From the NCBI GenBank assembly GCA_977018835.1, contig OZ361257.1, positions 930,001 through 994,000 on the forward strand: a DNA stretch of 64,000 bases, read 5' to 3'. The translations under genes and the position numbers were made by a program. Positions 33,449 through 46,700 of the stretch are shown here, piece after piece. Numbering within the stretch: position 1 is the first letter of the stretch; every line of letters starts with the position of its first letter. The notes beneath the pieces are model-generated. The model saw nothing but the letters and a program-made list of their open reading frames with translations, ran no database searches and had not been told where the DNA came from. This stretch comes from Minutocellus sp. GHC0000111. Its lineage: Eukaryota.

Positions 33449-34186
33449 GATGGAGGACAGATGAATGTCCCTGCCTGGGAGTTCACGTAATGACTTGCCC
33501 CCTGCGGCAGCAGCCCTGGTGATGATGTCTGCCAACGATGCGAGAGCATGGAGGGCCGAGAGCGCGCAATCTCTATGGCGGCATGGCGGCGACGGAAGGC
33601 GCGCGGCGGCCGGTGCTCAAAGGAACCCTGCACTTTTTCCGGAAGGCGGAAAGACCGTCTTTCTGAGGTGTGCTGGGTAAAAATAAATCCGAAAGGAGAA
33701 AAAAAAAGGAGAGAGGGAATCTCTATGGCGGCGACGGAGCACATGGCCATGGTCGCCGCAGTGCCGGCACATAAGCAACAATTCATTATTACACTCCTTA
33801 CTGTGATCATGTTGTTCAAACCAGATCTCTTTATTTTTTCGAGAGTGTTGGAAGTTCACCATGGACAAAATTCTTACATTCTACTACCGGCGGCATGATA
33901 GAGAAAGTTTTAGATAGGAAGCACATTGTAGCAATCTGTTAGATAAAGTTTCATGTAAACGATCAATCAGTGTTATGCAGTCATCTGGAATAATCCAGCA
34001 ATCAGAATTAGGAAGCAGTTCAAGCGGCAACACACATGTGTGTTTTTTTTGTAGTTTTTTATGATGATTTGTGAAGGCACAAGGTTCGAGCATCAGTTCT
34101 TGTTGCTGGCATCTGTGCTCTGGTGTGCAGGAGAAGCACCATCGGATGTGGTGTAGAGGCTATCAATCATTGTGTAGATCTAGCAT

Positions 34187-35876
34187 CTAATCTTGGCAGG
34201 ACAGCTTGGCCTCACGAGCCTTGCGAGCCTCCAGCTGAAGGGCAGCAAGAGCAGCAGCCTCGACAAGGATTGGATTCTCCGCCTTGGCAGCACCATCCGA
34301 CTTCTTCTTGGACTTCTTCTCGGACTTCTTCTCTGCCGGGAGCTTGTCCCACCACTCCAGGACAATCGTTGCTTCATTCGGTGTCACAATCTGAGCTGGT
34401 ATCTTAGCTGGCTTCATTCCTTGGACGCGTCCCCTGGCCTCCTGATGTCGCACAACTTGCTCCTTGCCATCGCTGCTGCTGGCAAGAGTCTCGAGAGTGA
34501 TGCCGATGCTGTTCAGTAGCTCAGCAGCATTGAGGCAATTCACATCTCCTCCTGTTGAAGTTGCTAATCCCTTGGCTAACGCCTCTTCTCTAGTCCGAGC
34601 GATCCGTTCCTCCTTCTCCTTGTCAGCCTTCTCCTTGGCCGCGTCCCCCTTGTTAGCCTCCTCTCTGCCAGCACAACACCTGGGCTTGGTCTCCCACCAC
34701 TCCAGAGTGATCGTTGCTTCATTCGGTGTCACAATCTGAGCTGGCTGGCTTGTTTCTTTCTTGGACGCGTCCCCTGGCCTCCTGATGTCGCACAACTTGC
34801 TCCTCGCCATTGCCGCTGGCAAGAGTCTCGAGAGCAATGTCGATGCTGTTTGTTCTCAGCAGCTCGGCAGCCTTGCGACAGCGACCCTTATTTCTTGTTG
34901 TGAAGTTGCTAGACCCTTGGCTAACGCCTCTTCTCTAGTCCGAGCTCCAACGACGCTTCGCTTGGCCTTCTCCTTCGCCCACCACTCCAGAATGATCGTT
35001 GCTTCATTCGGTGTCACAATCTATCCGCGACGCCCTGTGTCATGTTTTGCAGGAGCTGGCAGTCCTCTCGGGATTTGTCTGCTCCTCTCACGACATTCCA
35101 CATGAACCGCTGGGCCTCAGCAAGAGAGCCATCCAACTCGACGACCGACAGACGTGTGTGTTCGTCTCCACCATCACCATTCCAATCAATGTCGCCCATA
35201 TTTTACTTTTAGCAGAGAGGATGGTCTGATTGTGGCTTGGTCGACCACGCTGATTGCAGCGATGTTTCGCCCAAGCAGGATTGAGGCTCAAAGCAGGAAG
35301 GCCTATTTGTCACATGTGGACGTCCATTTAGGACGTCCAGGTGCGACATTCAGTTTCTTCTCTGTGGTCACAGCTTGCTTAGATTTTAGCCTACCTTGAG
35401 CTGGGATCTTTGGCAGGTGCCTGCAAACCTTGGTCAAGGTAACCCGGATGCCGGAGCCGAGACTCCGTCACTCGGGCCTCTCCAAAGCCTGGGCTATCAG
35501 GCATGACCACAAGTGGTTTGGTGCCTGTAGCCACGATGCTACACCCACAGGTTGGGCACGAGGCTTTCTTAGCGCCTCTGTGTCCAGAGCAATCACCTCC
35601 CATCTCCTAGCAGGGATGAGACGCCACACGGCTGATGGCGTCACCGGTTCAAAACCGCCGAAACACATTTTTTTGGATCTCCAATTCTCGCTCTCTCACA
35701 ACTCTGTGTCAGCCTCTAGCTTAAGTGCTTCGAGGAATGCCACTAGAGATAGCCATACTAATGACTCACAACCGTGGTCATTAATACCAGCGAATTTGAA
35801 TTCTTCCGGATCCCGGGGCTCTCGTGTTGGATCTAGATCTAATGCAGGAGTTCAGAGGCCGGCCGCCCATCTCTAA
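34187..35876 (-). pseudogene. Decayed coding relic with internal tandem duplication, possibly a DDE transposase C-terminus
   Basis: Segments encoding IVTPNEATIxLEWW occur three times and frames are broken by stops. The Lys/Glu-rich tail loosely resembles pogo-type transposase C-termini. Confidence 0.35.
34349..35022. repeat. Diverged ~345-bp tandem duplication plus a partial third copy
   Basis: CCACCACTCCAG..ATCGTTGCTTCATTCGGTGTCACAATCT at ~34349, ~34694, ~34979. TTGGACGCGTCCCCTGGCCTCCTGATGTCGCACAACTTGCTCC at ~34422 and 34761. Confidence 0.9.
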
Positions 35877-36004
35877 GGAGGTGGCACTAATATAGACTAA
35901 AAGTAGTGACAATCGAAGTTGTTCCATCCACCTCAGTCATCACCTCATGGATCGGCCCATTTCTTCCCAGGTGAATGCTAGCTACGTAGTAGCAAACAAG
36001 CAAG

Positions 36005-36883
36005 ATGCCAAAGGTATGTTTCTCTCTCCCTTTTGCTGTCAGTTGTTTGCTATAAGAATTATCCGTCCAGCAAAGCACCAGGTGTGGGTGTGCTCTTTGT
36101 GTGGGACAGATATCATTTTTGCATGGCACACACATTTCCAAAATCCAAATTAGGACACCTCCTCCTGCATCCATCATGCAATGTCATATCATGTGCTCCG
36201 AATGATACGTAGGTCATTCTCGTCTCCACGTCCGCTCCCGAGCTCGCGGCCACAAGACCGGTCTTTGGTTGGAGGAATGTGCCGCTCCCTACTACAAATT
36301 CAAGGAGGCGGGATGCGAAATCGAGATTGCCAGTCCCGCCGGTGGTCCAGTCCCCCTCGATGCCGCATCTCTAGGAGAGGGCTTCCTCACGGACGCCTGC
36401 AAGAAGTTTTTGGTCGACCCCGAGGCAATGGGAATGCTCAGCCACACCACCAAGGTTTCGGCTCTGGACCTGGCCTCTGCTGATGCCATTTTCTTCTGTG
36501 GTGGACATGGAACTTGCGTCGACTTTATTGACGATGCATCGGTCAAGGGTGCCATTGAGACTCTTTATGGCGCCGGTAAGATCATTGCGGCCGTTTGCCA
36601 TGGTCCCACCTGCCTCCCGCAGTGCACCAAGCCGGGAACCGACGAGCCCCTTGTCAAGGATCTGGTGGTGACTGGTTTTACCGATACCGAGGAGGAAGCC
36701 GTCCAGCTCACTGGAAAGGTCCCCTTCCTTCTGGAGCAGAAGCTCAAGGAGCAGGGCGGGAAATTCGAGCGAGCGGACGATTGGAATCCCAAGGTCTGCG
36801 TTGATGGCAAGCTGATCACTGGTCAGAATCCCCAATCTTCCGAGGCTTGCGCTGTGGCCGCCACCAAGATTTTGTCGGCGTAG
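36005..36883 (+). CDS. DJ-1/PfpI family protein (Hsp31/glyoxalase III-like); intron 36014-36212; 1-nt deletion ~36248
   Basis: MPK|VILVSTSAPEL..GHKTGLWLEECAAPY, GGHG, AVCHGP, LITGQNPQS. Confidence 0.9.
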
Positions 36884-37096
36884 AGAATGCTTTGAGCCAT
36901 GGCGCAAAGATAAATCAATTGCTTTGTGGTCATGACTAATCATTGTAATCACTGTTGCTACTTTATTGTTGGCTATTCAACACCTTGTAGGAAGAAAAAT
37001 CCTACGCGTGTATGTCAGTGTCTAGAGTCTATTGCATGTATCTATCACATATATAAGTCACCCCGGTACGTTCAGGTCAGAAGAACAATCACCATT

Positions 37097-37192
37097 TGTT
37101 TGATCTCAGACTGCAGATATTGTTTGATCTCAGACTGCGGATATTGTTTGATCTCAGACTGCGGATATTGTTTGATCTCAGACTGCGGATAT
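37097..37192. repeat. 24-bp minisatellite x4
   Basis: TGTTTGATCTCAGACTGC(G/A)GATAT in four tandem copies. Confidence 0.95.
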
Positions 37193-37956
37193 TTCGCCTT
37201 TATCAGACATTTCCACAAAGGATGCGTCTACTGCATCATCATATTTGCCGTCCGATGGTGCAGTGCAGATGCGTAAACGACGGCGCTGGCGAAGAAGCCC
37301 GGCCGCTGCACCGACGACAACTACGATGCCTACCGAGCTGTAGACCAGATTTGTAAGCTCCGACTGTTGGTCGCGGTCCAAAGCACACATGTAATGCAAT
37401 TGGTTTACCTTGATCATCAAATCAATTGGCAGACCATACTTACTCGTAAAGCTGATGGAATCAAGCTTGGACGGAAGTTGAATATATTGATCCAGCTGAT
37501 GGTCACCTTCCACACCGCAATTACTATCACCATTGTCGTCGGAGCTTGCGTACCAGTCACAGACATGACCACCCTTTTGTCGATATTCCTCAAAGCACTT
37601 GATCGAGAATCCCATTCCCAGTGGTGCTGCCAGATAAAGGCAGGGCGTTAGATAGATAACAGGGTCATCATTCGGATCGTATCCAGGATATTTGACTCTC
37701 ACTTTGGTGATAGAGGATAGGAGGGGAGGATGAGCAAGATTGTGTCAGTTATTCCTTGGTACCTGGCACTGCCACGAGCAGAGAAATCAGTAGCAACGAC
37801 TTTTCTATTACTCACCATCGCCGCTAACATGGACTGTGCTTCCCGGTTGGCAGTCGCCATCTTCGCAGGAAGCAATGACATTGCTCGTCGTGGCGGCCGG
37901 CCCATAAGTCGCAGAAAGCATAGCATATCGATCCCCAGAACGATACTGAACCGCAT
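37178..37956 (-). CDS. Small type-I membrane/surface protein; intron 37702-37815; start uncertain
   Basis: The GTGAGT..AAG intron joins SCEDGDCQPGSTVHVSGD to VRVKYPG. Cys-containing ectodomain, then a TM helix followed by RQRRR. Confidence 0.5.
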
Positions 37957-38235
37957 CTCAACGTGCCTGGCGGTCTTCACTGCAAGTAAACGTGCATACA
38001 TAGCGAGTCGCGTCGCCAAAGCAACGCGAAGCACCCAAGAGAAGCTGGGCTGGAACAGAAATTCGCACCTCAGGTCTCTGGGCACTTCACTTGGTGGACT
38101 CCGAGTCAACACCATCACCTCGATTGCTTGGGCTGCGTGTGGTCGGTACGAAGACTAGACTTCTCACGCGTCGCCTTTCCATAGCCATCCGTTTTGTAAT
38201 TCCTTCCGATCAGCAGAGGTGGCGATATTTCCACC

Positions 38236-40540
38236 ATGCCCGGCAAATCAAAGGCCGAGCAAGTCCTTTCGGACAATCCCGATGCCATGCATGACCTGAT
38301 GCAGAAGATCAGGTCCGATCCCAATTACATCACGTCGCTGTACAAGGACTGCCCGGGCATGCGCCGAGTCCTTGACGAACATCCGGACCTGAAGAAGATT
38401 TTCGAGAATCCCGACATTATGCGCCGGTCTTTCGAGGCGGTTTACATCAAGAATGGCGGAGAGCCCGAACCTGTTGATGAGGATGATTCTGATTGTGAGT
38501 CGATTCGATTCATTCTTGCTACCAGTATGCTTCGGAGTCTAAGTGATGTTTTGACTTGTACTGCGTAATGTTTTGTCTAGTGATGTCTGGCAGATGCCGT
38601 ACCCATGCACCTGCCTAGCTTGCTTTCGGCACATACATTACGTGTCCTATTTTTGGCTGATTCGCTCCCATCGCACATTCTTGCTCTACTCGTAACTCAT
38701 ACCCTGTGACGCGGAACCTCCACTTCTTCATTGTCTCCTACTTCAAATTTCACAGACGAGTCGGACACTGATGAGGACGACTATGAGAGTAGCTACGGTG
38801 GCAGCCACCGCGGGGGTAAGGCTTATGGTGACGCCGGAACTCTTGCAACCGAGGATTTCGATGACGATGACACTCTGGCCCGGCAGAAGAAGGCCCTCAA
38901 GAAGAAGAAGGCCGAGGAGAAGGCAGCTCGGGACCCGTCCAAGGCTGCGAAGCTTTTGTCCAAGTTGGCCGGAATGAGAGGCATCGTCATCATCGTCATT
39001 TCATTCATGAGTCCGTTCAAGATTGTGAGGAAGCTCGGCGAAGTCTTCTTCGAGGGTGATATCGAACCACCCTCGGGAGATGCCGCCCTCGCCGCCGATG
39101 CATGCAATGCTGCGGCGGAACATTTCGATGATCCTGCCGTCGCCGAGGAGATGGATCGACTCCTGGAGGAGAATCCCGACAACCTCGACGAGATCGTGGA
39201 GAACGACGAAACTCTTCGCAACCTCCGTGACTCCGACCCCATCGCCGCCGAGCTGATGAGAGATCCCGAGACATTCAAGGTCATCACGGACGGTGACAAC
39301 CTCCGCGCCATGGGCGAGCTAACTCAGGCTATGGAGGGTGACTTCGTCAACGGACTCGATGGCGGCGGCGGCGTCGATGCTGCTGCCAATGCCATGGACG
39401 CACTCGATGCGGCCGATGCCGTCGGAAATGCCGCTGACGCGGCTGGCGACGCTGGAGATGCCTTCGAGAATGCCGACTACGAAGAACCTGACCTCGATGA
39501 TGAGGGCGATGAGGAGGGTGGAGCTGCCCAGGATGCCGAAGAATATCTTCAGGATGCCGAGATGGAAGATGATGACATGAAGAAATCCAGTCGTAGAGGT
39601 CAGAGGGGCAAGGGCAAGAACCAACGCAATCGTGCTGGCGAAGCTGCCCAAGGTGCCAAGGGCATTCTCGGCGCCGGCATCAGTGCCGTGGCCGGTGGCT
39701 TCCTCGGCGATGCTATGGGAGATATGATGGACTTTGGTGGTGGAGAAGATCTAGCCGGAGTTGCCGGAGAGGACATGGGTGGTCTCGAAGATGTCGCTGC
39801 AGATACGGTACGTGATAATGTTTGTCTGGCTACATGTACTTCTCGTCCAAGGAACATCATGCCCGATTTCTTTTTTGTGTGTAGCTTTCGGTTCTCACCA
39901 AAATTGCAATGCAACCTCAATGCCGGTATTCCTTTTTTACATTTTCCATGTCCGCAAACAGGATCTCGTCGACGCAGCAGATGCCGCCGAAGCTGCCCAA
40001 GATGCCGGCGAGGGGCTTGCCACCGAAGAACTCATGGTCATGGGCGCCGCTGGCGGGGCCGTTGTGGCAGCCGGTGCTGTTGGTGGAGCCTACGTCATGT
40101 CGCGAGATGGTAAGAAGAAGGACGACCAAGAGGGTGGCGAAGGTCAACCACGAGGTCAACCTGACAGCGACTCCGCTGATGAGGGCGAGGGCAAGAAGAA
40201 AAAGGGAATGTTTGGGAAACTCAAGAGTGGCGCCGGAAATCTTGCCACATTCGTCACCGATACCGCCAAGGAAACCCTCGTCACGACTGTTCTTGGCGAT
40301 GACATGGGCGAAGCGGTGCTTGAGGCCAAGGACAATGCAGAAGAAGTCCAGGAGGAGCTTGCAACCGACAGTGAAAAGGAAAGTGACGACGATGATGAAT
40401 CCCACCGAGATGAAAGGAAGGACCGTCAAAGCGACGGAAAACAACAAAGTCGTCAGCGCAGCTCACGTGCCCGGGGCTATGATGAAGATTGGGACGATGG
40501 CGATGATTGGAACTATGATCGGCAGAGAAGTTGGAGATGA
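38236..40540 (+). CDS. STI1-like (ubiquilin-type) repeat, acidic low-complexity protein; introns 38495-38755 and 39808-39961
   Basis: PGMRRVLDEHPDLKKIFENPDIMR and LRDSDPIAAELMRDPETF; canonical GT..CAG introns join three ORFs. Confidence 0.65.
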
Positions 40541-40706
40541 GCAATCCCCTCGAAAAAGTAGCCATTTCATTTCGTTTCATCAGTTAATTGTACAATAGCC
40601 TATATTTTAAGTAAAAGTACCACGGTACTCAAGCTCTCTGTATTCAAACATGCCTAGCTACGTAGGTACATGTATGCAATGTGCATGGTGACGACTTCTT
40701 GTTGTG

Positions 40707-43700
40707 TCATCTCTGGAGTGCATGTCGACTCAGCTTCTTGATTTGGTGCAATCTTTCCTCGTAATTTGACACCAGACCAAGCCTATCCTGCATCGACTTT
40801 GTTGATCTACAAGCGATATCTGCACGGATCGCTAGTTGACGGACGCATCTCGCTGCAATATCTTTGGGGAAGAGTGATGTACCCAACAAGTGGGACACGG
40901 CAGCATGTGTTTCGTCATCCAAATCTGCCTTGGCTTTAATGGTCACTCTCATCAGGTCCACGCCAGCGGAAGGAGAAACTATGATCCACACGAAGCCGAA
41001 CTCTCCACTCACATAAGCATTTCGATCGTCAACATCCTCTTCGTAATCATAATTTTTACCGTTGCGACCAAAGCCGTCGACAGCTTCGTTGTCTTTCTCT
41101 GCAAAGATAATATGGACGACATCGTTGCCAACGTGTCGCTTTCGATTATTGACACCTGGTGGCATGAGAGGGACAGAATGGAAGAGGACCATCGTCTTAG
41201 CGGTGACGGATCCGTCAAAACCTTGACAATCGTCATCATCGCCAACATATGCCAAAGCAAAACTTCCATCGGCGAGATAGGCGGAAGTATCGAGACCACC
41301 ACTAAAATACTTGAGATGTCGTGTCATTACCATTGCTCCGAGCCCGCGTGAAAATTCGATGAATTCGGGAGATCCATGAGTGGCTCTCAGCAAGATGCTC
41401 TCATCGTTGGTGCTTTTGGTACGGCCATTTGCATCATCATTTGGATCTATACTGCCAGGTCCAGCAAATAGTAGAGCAATCTAAAATGCGCGGAAATAGC
41501 GGTCGTGAGGAACCATAGTACAATATATTGTTAAAAGAAGAAAACAGAAAAATGTATACCATTTAAGTTTGGCGGATACATCGTTAACCAAACCATCCAA
41601 AGAAGTAGTAAATAATACACACATAAAAAGCAAATGTGAAGCTCACCTTGTGTGTCTGTAGTGAACAAGCAGTTCGATCGAGAAGTCCTACTGCGCAAGC
41701 CAGTTTTGGCCCGCTTTGTAAACGCTGCCATCTCTCAAAGACGCGATGAATGACGGCTGTCGGTAAATAATCATTATCGGAAGTAGAACCAATCATCGAT
41801 TCCGAGAATCCTAGTGAGCGAAGCTCATCCTCCACTCTTTCGATGTTCCTCGTTGACCGACCAAGGATCGATCTGAGCCAACTGTGCGCAGTCATGGAAT
41901 CGGCGTCGGCTGTAAACTCACCCTTCGAAAGTGGAGTTATGTCACCTACTGCCAAATCCGAGGGCAAATTATCAGCAGAATAAGAACGTTTGTGTTCTGG
42001 GCGCTTATCCTCAGTAGCGCGGATACGGCCCGTCACTATCATGTCGTCCATCTCGCTCTTCATCTTCTCCAGCTCTTTTCTCATGACAAGTATGTCAAGC
42101 TTATCATCAGTTGCATCTACACTGGTTTGCGACTCATTTTGTGGCTCAGATCCCCTAGTCCCGAGCTTTGCACCATCTTTTTCAGCGTATTTTGGCTCCA
42201 AAACAGCGCTTTTTTGGACAATGTTGGGTGTTGCTTCAAATCGCCGGATCGCCGCATTTGCTTTGTCCAATGCCTCTGAGTTGTACCGCGTTGAAGTCTC
42301 TCTCTCGACCCCGCTATCATTTTCTGTCTTTGTACGTTGTCTCTCGGAAATATGCGATGGCAATCCCTTCAATGTACGTTTTACCTCAGTTCCATCAGCA
42401 AAGATACCTTCCTCTTCGTTAGAGGTATCGGTGACTACAGAAGATGAGGGAGCTTGATAAGATTTGTTGAGCGAGCGGGTAAGGGACCATAGGGACGATG
42501 GAAAGTCAGGGTGGGCGATAGAATTGCACAGAGGAAGACGGACCAACCTACGAAGGCGACACGTTGGTGATCGAACAGTGACCTCAATCCAACCTCTGTG
42601 ACGACTCTTGGAGTCACCAAGTCTACACATCAGAAGAGTGTCACCACAAAGCCAGGCGGCAGTTGCTCGGTTATCTTTTTCGACAGGAAAGTTTTCAATA
42701 TCTATTGTCTCTTTTGCCAAAGATTCATGTGATGTGAACTCGGCCGTGAGCTGTCTCTTCTTTGCGCTGCTGCCTTCTTGATTCGAATTATCAACATGCC
42801 TTGATGCAAGGTAGCGTCGGACCAATAGATCGACTATGAGTGATTCAAAGCAATCCTCGTGGATACCCGACACTTCACCGGGATGCATATCCCACATGCT
42901 TTCATCTATCAAATTTACAAGAAAAGTACGATCGTAGTAAAAAAGAATTAGAAAAAGTAGATCAAGTGCGGGGCATAAAATGTTTCTCGCAATAATGGAA
43001 CAATGGCAAATTTCTTCTCGACTTACTCAGTACCATTTGCGCTTCGTTGTCCTTCATAATCCGAATAACGCTGCCTGCACATTGCAATGCCAACACTTTG
43101 CCCTGCAAGCTAATCCATTGGCAACTCTGACTTTTTGAGCAAAGGCGGAGGCAAACCAATACTGTTCGAAGCCGAACACTCTCTGGGGGGACAAATTTAG
43201 TAGTCCTTGAGAGTGTAAATATGTCATAAATTGTGGATAGTAAAGGGACCGACGGATCATTCCGCTGGTTGGTAACACCATAAGGAGCGCTTTGATCATC
43301 CAAGAAGGAGTGCAATCTATCGACGAGCCGGTTACAAAGGCCTGCCCACAGCGTTTCCTCATCCCTTCTTCTAATGCCTGAGGAGCTGGGATCACCACCG
43401 TCGGTAAGATCATCGACCGACAACGCCGCCGCAAGTAGACTTCGGGTCCCTCTGCAGCCATCTGGGGGGCCAATGAAATTGTAATTGTTGAACATTGAAT
43501 ATATTTCATCTGCGCAGATCTTCGCATACGTGTATCTGTTTTCAGGAGAATCATTTTGCACCACAAAAGAGGCAAATGAAGATATTGCCTTATTCCGAGC
43601 CTCTACCTCATCTAAAGACGCCGGTGGCGGAATCTGCAAAGTGAATTGAACTGGAAGTCCGCAAAGCATCAGCTCACAGAGGGTGCTGCATGATAGCGAT

Positions 43701-46700
43701 CTGATTGCGGTATCTATCTCTTCTGTTCCGACGTCAATAATTACCGAGCGATGCGGAGCGTCTGAAGAAGAAATATTCGAATCAGTGTGAGAATCAGAGA
43801 CAAGAAGCTTCTCGATCGATGACAATACGTCATCTAACGAAATGGTTGTGCCCGTTCTTGAGAGCATATCTGTTTTCTCGAGCGCTGATGAGTCACCTAC
43901 GTTCCCGCCAATGTCGGTCTCTTCGGCCTTTGCAATCGGCATGCGTGCAAATACAAATGGCGCTATCTCCGATCGCGCACTCTCGCTTTGTTTGTACTGA
44001 TCAAAGAATGCAGGAAGAGCATCTCCTCCTTTTTCCTGTTGGTCTTCGTCTGATACAACGATTTGCTCCATGGCGAGTTTTTCGTCAATTACCGATAAGA
44101 TGTTTGCGGAAATGTACTTCCGAACAAGCGCTTCATTGATGATTATAGCGCGGGTGTCATGAGAAATTCGTATTCTCGCCATTGGTAATAGTGCAGACAA
44201 TACCAGGACCTTTCGCGAAGAGGCATCGATTGGTAGATTTGTCATTGGGTCGCTACAAGCGGTGTTTGGCCAGCTGTGGATATACTGCACAATGGTCGAT
44301 AATGCCCCAAGTATCTCGCCACAAACCCAATGGGTCAAAGGACGTGCATCGAATGGTGTAACTAGGGAGTCTCCGAGTTGACGAATTGCCTCCAACGAAA
44401 GACAGAACAACTCTTGCGCCATTAGTATCTTGGCAGTCCCCTTGAGGAATAGCGGAGAAACGTCAGCCAGCACCGGAAAATCGGTCGTTTGGAACGTGCA
44501 AAAGCCTTTGGCAACATCTCGGAGTATAACGATGATGGTCTGCCGAATTCGACGATCACTGGTTAAGATGCGAAGGAGTCGGCCTAACATGCGAACGGCA
44601 CTTTTGCGTAGACGAAACTCATCGACAATAGTCTTCTCCACAAGAGTACGATCTTCATTGGAGGTTTCGTCATACTGCTCTGATTCCAGTTCCATGACCT
44701 GAGCTCCAATTCCTGTCGGAGCGATTGGCTCATCCATCTGGGAAGCAAATATCTTCAGAGATGAGGGAACCTCGATGACGACACGCGATGTGTTTTTTAG
44801 AAGATCAGAATATGTACTTGGAAGCAGGATCTCATGCAGGTAAGGCAAGAAGAAGGGACAAATTCTTTCCACTTGCATCTCGTGAACTTTGGTGGCGAGA
44901 GCAGCCTGGGAATAATTCTTCTCATCAGCGGCACCTCTCCTACTAGAACCTCGCGACGGTGTCCTCTGCTGATTGCTTTGAGAATCACTAGTGTCTCCAT
45001 ATCTTTTCGACACTGCACGTAGAGCCTCACACCGAACAGACGGGGCATGGACGTAGCCACGAAAGCCAAAAGATTCCTGGTCGAACATACTGAACGCATC
45101 ACCAAGAACATCGGAGGCAATCTTATCCCATAAATCACCCCGATTCAAGTAGTACCCGCCCCATGTCCAGCTTCGGACAACAGAAAGTGCCACGTTGGTT
45201 GCATGGGCGGGTTGTAAGAGTGGACAAGCAGTACGCAACAACAACGTGTGAAGCTTCTTTCGGTACTCATCATCAACAATGCAATGGAAATTGCCGTCAA
45301 TACCGCCTCGGGTAAGGAATGCTTCGGTTTGATCAAATATCGCTCGAACCTCAGCAATTATCCTCCTTAGTAGCATCTTGTTCCGCTTTGTTACAGCCTT
45401 GCATTTTTTAGGATGGTCAAAGATAAGACGCGCATCGAGCAACTCGACCAAGGTCTCCAGGGCACCCAAAAAGGGCTCCCATTCATCTGGTGCTAACGTG
45501 TCGATGTGTTGAATGAGTTCTCCATCGGTCAATCGTCTGAGGGCAACAGCGACCTCTAAAATGACCACGAGAGAGGGCTGAGTCTGTTCACAAAGGCACA
45601 GCGTATGGTGTCCCAACCCTTGCTTGATTGCCTTGGTGTCCACTGCAATGCCTCCCGATTTCACCTGCTCTAATTGAGTATTGGAATGCTGGCGCTCCTC
45701 ATTATCTTGTCCGCTAATCCCTGCATCATGAAAGTCCCGAGGACAACGAATTGATGATGCTATACGGGCTAGAAGGAGTAAAAATTGATTCCAGAATATC
45801 CGTAAACTACCGACACCTTTCACTTGAGGAGGATCTCCCCAGAAAGCAGCACCGCACGCACGTATGGCTCCGGCTGCAGCTAGAATGGACTTCTTGTCGC
45901 CTCGTTTGCTGCCGAAAGATTTGGTCGTAGTAGATGCGGAAGCAGCGACAGAAGTAGATACCGAAAGAGTGGTCTCAGTCGCCGTTGCCGACGCCACGGA
46001 TGAAGTCAATGTTGCCGACGATGGACTCGTCGTTTCGGCTAAACCTGAGAACGTAGCAGGTGTCAGGACATGCACTTCTATGAATTTGAGTAATGCTTCA
46101 ATCGCAGGACGAGTACTGGCCCCATGAGCAAGAAGTGACCAAAGGAGTTCTGGGGAACGAGAGAGAGGTATCGTTGAGATACAAAGTAGTTAGGTTGAGA
46201 TAATATCATTTACAAAAACCATTCATTCTGAAGACACAAAGATCAGTCGAAGCACAAACACACATACGTTCAATATGCCAACAAATAAAATAGATATCGA
46301 CACATCCACAATGGTTTATTTACTTCTATCACACTTACCGGCAATGTCCGCCACGCAAGATTCTCTCTGGGAAAAGAAGGCTTCCTTTTCCATTGTAAGA
46401 GCAACATCCTCATCCTCGTCAATGGCATTAGGCAACGGATACAGTGATGATACTGATATGTTTGTCATGGTCGGATCTATTGAAGCAAGAAGCGAACAGA
46501 GACCTTTTGCTACTATACCGACCGTAGGTAGGGGGAGAAATCCTCGCGAGCCGATATTTGCGAGTGTACTCAATGCTTCCGCAGAGGAAGAGGCTGCCGC
46601 CAATCGCTCTTCTCTAGCATCTTGGTCAAAGGACCGACGGGACGACTTGAAATCGCGGCTGGAAAGGACAAGACCCTGCCTCGCGATATCAAGGAGACCC

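Noticed and set aside
37097..37192. CRISPR array
   Set aside because: The units are contiguous with no spacers, there are no cas genes, and the context is eukaryotic.
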